Below, one piece after another: positions 61,914-64,000 of a DNA stretch of 64,000 nucleotides; the stretch's first letter is position 1; every line of letters begins with the position of its first letter. The stretch is from Nitrospirota bacterium (lineage in GTDB: Bacteria; Nitrospirota; UBA9217): the NCBI GenBank assembly GCA_963845065.1, contig CAWJQQ010000009.1, forward strand, positions 288,001-352,000, in the 5' to 3' direction. A program made the position numbers and the translations under genes. The notes beneath the pieces are model-generated. The model saw nothing but the letters and a program-made list of their open reading frames with translations. It was not told the origin of the DNA and made no database searches.

Positions 61914-62918
61914 CTATAGGCGCATGGTAGGTCGGGGATTCAGGTCAAGGCTTGATCGGTCTCCCTGTCTGTAATGAAGGTAACCGGCGAGGGCGATCAT
62001 GGCCGCATTATCAATGCAGTAGAACATGCCGGGAAGATAGATCGTCATGTCTCGTTTTGTCGCCTCTTCGGTTAGCTGCTTCCTTAATGAACTGTTGGCT
62101 GCTACGCCGCCAGCTACGACAATCTTGTCTACACCTGTTTGTGATGCTGCAAGAATGGCCTTATTGACCAAAGTGTCTACGACCGCAGCCTGAAAACTTG
62201 ATGCTACGTCTTTGATATTGAGCTCAGGTGCAATCCCTTTGTCCTTATCAATGAAGAGAGCGATGTGGTTCCTGACTGCGGTCTTGAGACCGCTGAAGCT
62301 GAAGTCATAGCCTTCCCGAAGGCCACGCGGGAATGAAATGGCCGTCGGATTCCCCTCATGCGCGAGCTTGTCAAGGATTGGGCCGCCGGGATATTCAAGG
62401 CCCAAAAGCTTAGCCACCTTGTCATAGGCTTCGCCTGCTGCATCGTCCCGCGTCTGGCCGAGCATCTGATAACTTCCAAGTCCTTTGACGTGATAAAGCG
62501 CAGTATGACCGCCAGATACGAGCAGCGCGATGTATGGATACTCTATATCTGGATATTCGATGTGTGCTGCGAGGATGTGGCCCTCGCCGTGGTGAACGCC
62601 AATGAATGGAATGTTCTGCGCGTAGGCAATGGCTTTTGCCACTGATACTCCTACCAGGAGAGCACCGATAAGTCCCGGGGTATAGGTGACGGCAATGAGG
62701 TTGATGTCCTTGAGCGATATAGATGCGGAAGAAAGCGCCTCGCGAATGATGGGCATCAGGTTTTTCAGGTGTTCGCGCGAAGCGAGTTCAGGTACTACGC
62801 CGCCATATTTCTTGTGGATGTCTATCTGCGAGGACACGATGCTGGACAGTACTTTGTCCTCCCTAAGCACGGCAGCCGCGGTCTCGTCGCATGAGGTCTC
62901 TATTCCTAGGGTATACAT
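61914..62918 (-). CDS. tsaD: tRNA N6-threonylcarbamoyltransferase
   Basis: LGIETSCDET, GGVVPE.ASREH, HH.EGH, VSGGHT, DDAAGEAYDK, FSFSGLKT, DNAAM. Confidence 0.97.
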   Translation of the reverse strand: MYTLGIETSCDETAAAVLREDKVLSSIVSSQIDIHKKYGGVVPELASREHLKNLMPIIREALSSASISLKDINLIAVTYTPGLIGALLVGVSVAKAIAYAQNIPFIGVHHGEGHILAAHIEYPDIEYPYIALLVSGGHTALYHVKGLGSYQMLGQTRDDAAGEAYDKVAKLLGLEYPGGPILDKLAHEGNPTAISFPRGLREGYDFSFSGLKTAVRNHIALFIDKDKGIAPELNIKDVASSFQAAVVDTLVNKAILAASQTGVDKIVVAGGVAANSSLRKQLTEEATKRDMTIYLPGMFYCIDNAAMIALAGYLHYRQGDRSSLDLNPRPTMRL

Positions 62919-63027
62919 GGATTTTTCAAAGAAAATTTGTGGTAGAGATACGGGACATGGTTCTATAGGCAGGGTTCAGGAAAAGCTGACTGCCTTGCCC
63001 CTTGACGCTGAACCCCGGGCCCTGTAA

Positions 63028-63963
63028 TTACTGCATGAGTCTCGATACGGGGACGATCTCAATGCCAGCGGCTTTCGTTTCAGCGATCCACTTCCTGAGT
63101 TCCGCGATGGTTACGGGATGGGGGTGGCCAATGCCAATGGCTTTGCCGTTTTTCCGGGCGATCTCGACGAGTTCCTCAAGCTGCTTGCGTATAGAGGCCG
63201 GATTGTCACTGTCGTTGTCCAGGAACACGTCACGCTTCCCGGACTTGAGGCCGAATTCCTTTGCCGTTGCATAGGCCACGCTTTTCGCACTGGTGAAGCT
63301 GTCAAGAAACATCAGATTGCGGGCCTTGAGTTCCGCCATCAGAAACTTCATTGCTTCTTTGTTTTCCGTGAGGGCGGAACCCTCATGGTTGTTGATGCCG
63401 TCTGCGCCAGGGACCGACTCGACGTCGTCGCTCACGGTCGTAAGGAATTCCATAGGTGTCATGTCCGAGCGCAGCATTCCGAGCGCAGGTTTACCATTCT
63501 TGCTTCGGTACTCCATGGGCAAGTGGAGCAGCACCTCATGATCATGTTGTTTTGCCAGTGCGGCAACCTGTTTCGATTGGGGCAGTCCGGGCATAACAGC
63601 AAAGGTTAGTTTAGCGGGCAGCGCCATGATCTCTCGGGCCTGATTGAGGTCCTGTCCCAGATCGTCGATCACGATGGCCACCTGGACGGTTTTTTGCGGT
63701 CGTAAGCCGCCGAGCAACGCCGGCCCTGAAACATGCTTTGGATGTTCAAGACTCATCGAGGGTGCAAGCGATCTCAATGACGGTTTGGTGAGAGGAGGCG
63801 TCTCTTGCCTTACAGCCTGCAGAGGAACAGACGGTGACCGGACTTTGCGCAGTGGTCCCCAGAGTGCGAGTACGATCAAAAAGAGGGAAATAATGATCCC
63901 TGCGAACATCCATCTGTCGAAACTGTTCCCTTTGCCTTTTTTTGCAGGACGTTTCTTTGCCAT
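63028..63963 (-). CDS. Divergent polysaccharide deacetylase family protein (YibQ-like)
   Basis: TM segment, IVIDDLG, LLHLPME, NNHEGS, FLDS.T, RDVFLD, IGIGH. Confidence 0.9.
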   Translation of the reverse strand: MAKKRPAKKGKGNSFDRWMFAGIIISLFLIVLALWGPLRKVRSPSVPLQAVRQETPPLTKPSLRSLAPSMSLEHPKHVSGPALLGGLRPQKTVQVAIVIDDLGQDLNQAREIMALPAKLTFAVMPGLPQSKQVAALAKQHDHEVLLHLPMEYRSKNGKPALGMLRSDMTPMEFLTTVSDDVESVPGADGINNHEGSALTENKEAMKFLMAELKARNLMFLDSFTSAKSVAYATAKEFGLKSGKRDVFLDNDSDNPASIRKQLEELVEIARKNGKAIGIGHPHPVTIAELRKWIAETKAAGIEIVPVSRLMQ

Positions 63964-64000
63964 AGCAAGCCTTTTATACAATATTATGATAAAAAAAACC

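Overview
Bacterial chromosome segment, about 52% GC. Gene content suggests an anaerobic Nitrospirota- or Desulfobacterota-like organism (inference). Housekeeping blocks are xseB-ispA-dxs-tlyA, mrcA-ileS-lspA-lgt-rluD, rlmN, dtd, tRNA-Leu, bamD, a CIRCE-controlled hsp20 pair, csp, a DEAD-box helicase and tsaD. The window also holds an Lhr helicase, a small-ORF-dinB-lexA SOS cassette and a V4R-flanked group 3c-like [NiFe]-hydrogenase operon with a homopolymer frameshift. The most striking structure is two copies of a tnpB-only IS200/IS605 element with IS608-like ends (7945-14482, 22027-25426). Both are interrupted at the identical nucleotide of tnpB by an IS110-family element. The IS110 carries a ~190-nt structured downstream RNA whose two internal loops match the tnpB target flank and the element's own donor junction, i.e. 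a candidate bridge/seekRNA aimed at a tnpB gene. The tnpB hosts are about four times more diverged than the IS110 copies, favouring independent site-specific insertions. Copy 1 also carries nested IS66 and IS481-like elements. Three further broken tnpB remnants are present. No CRISPR array was seen.
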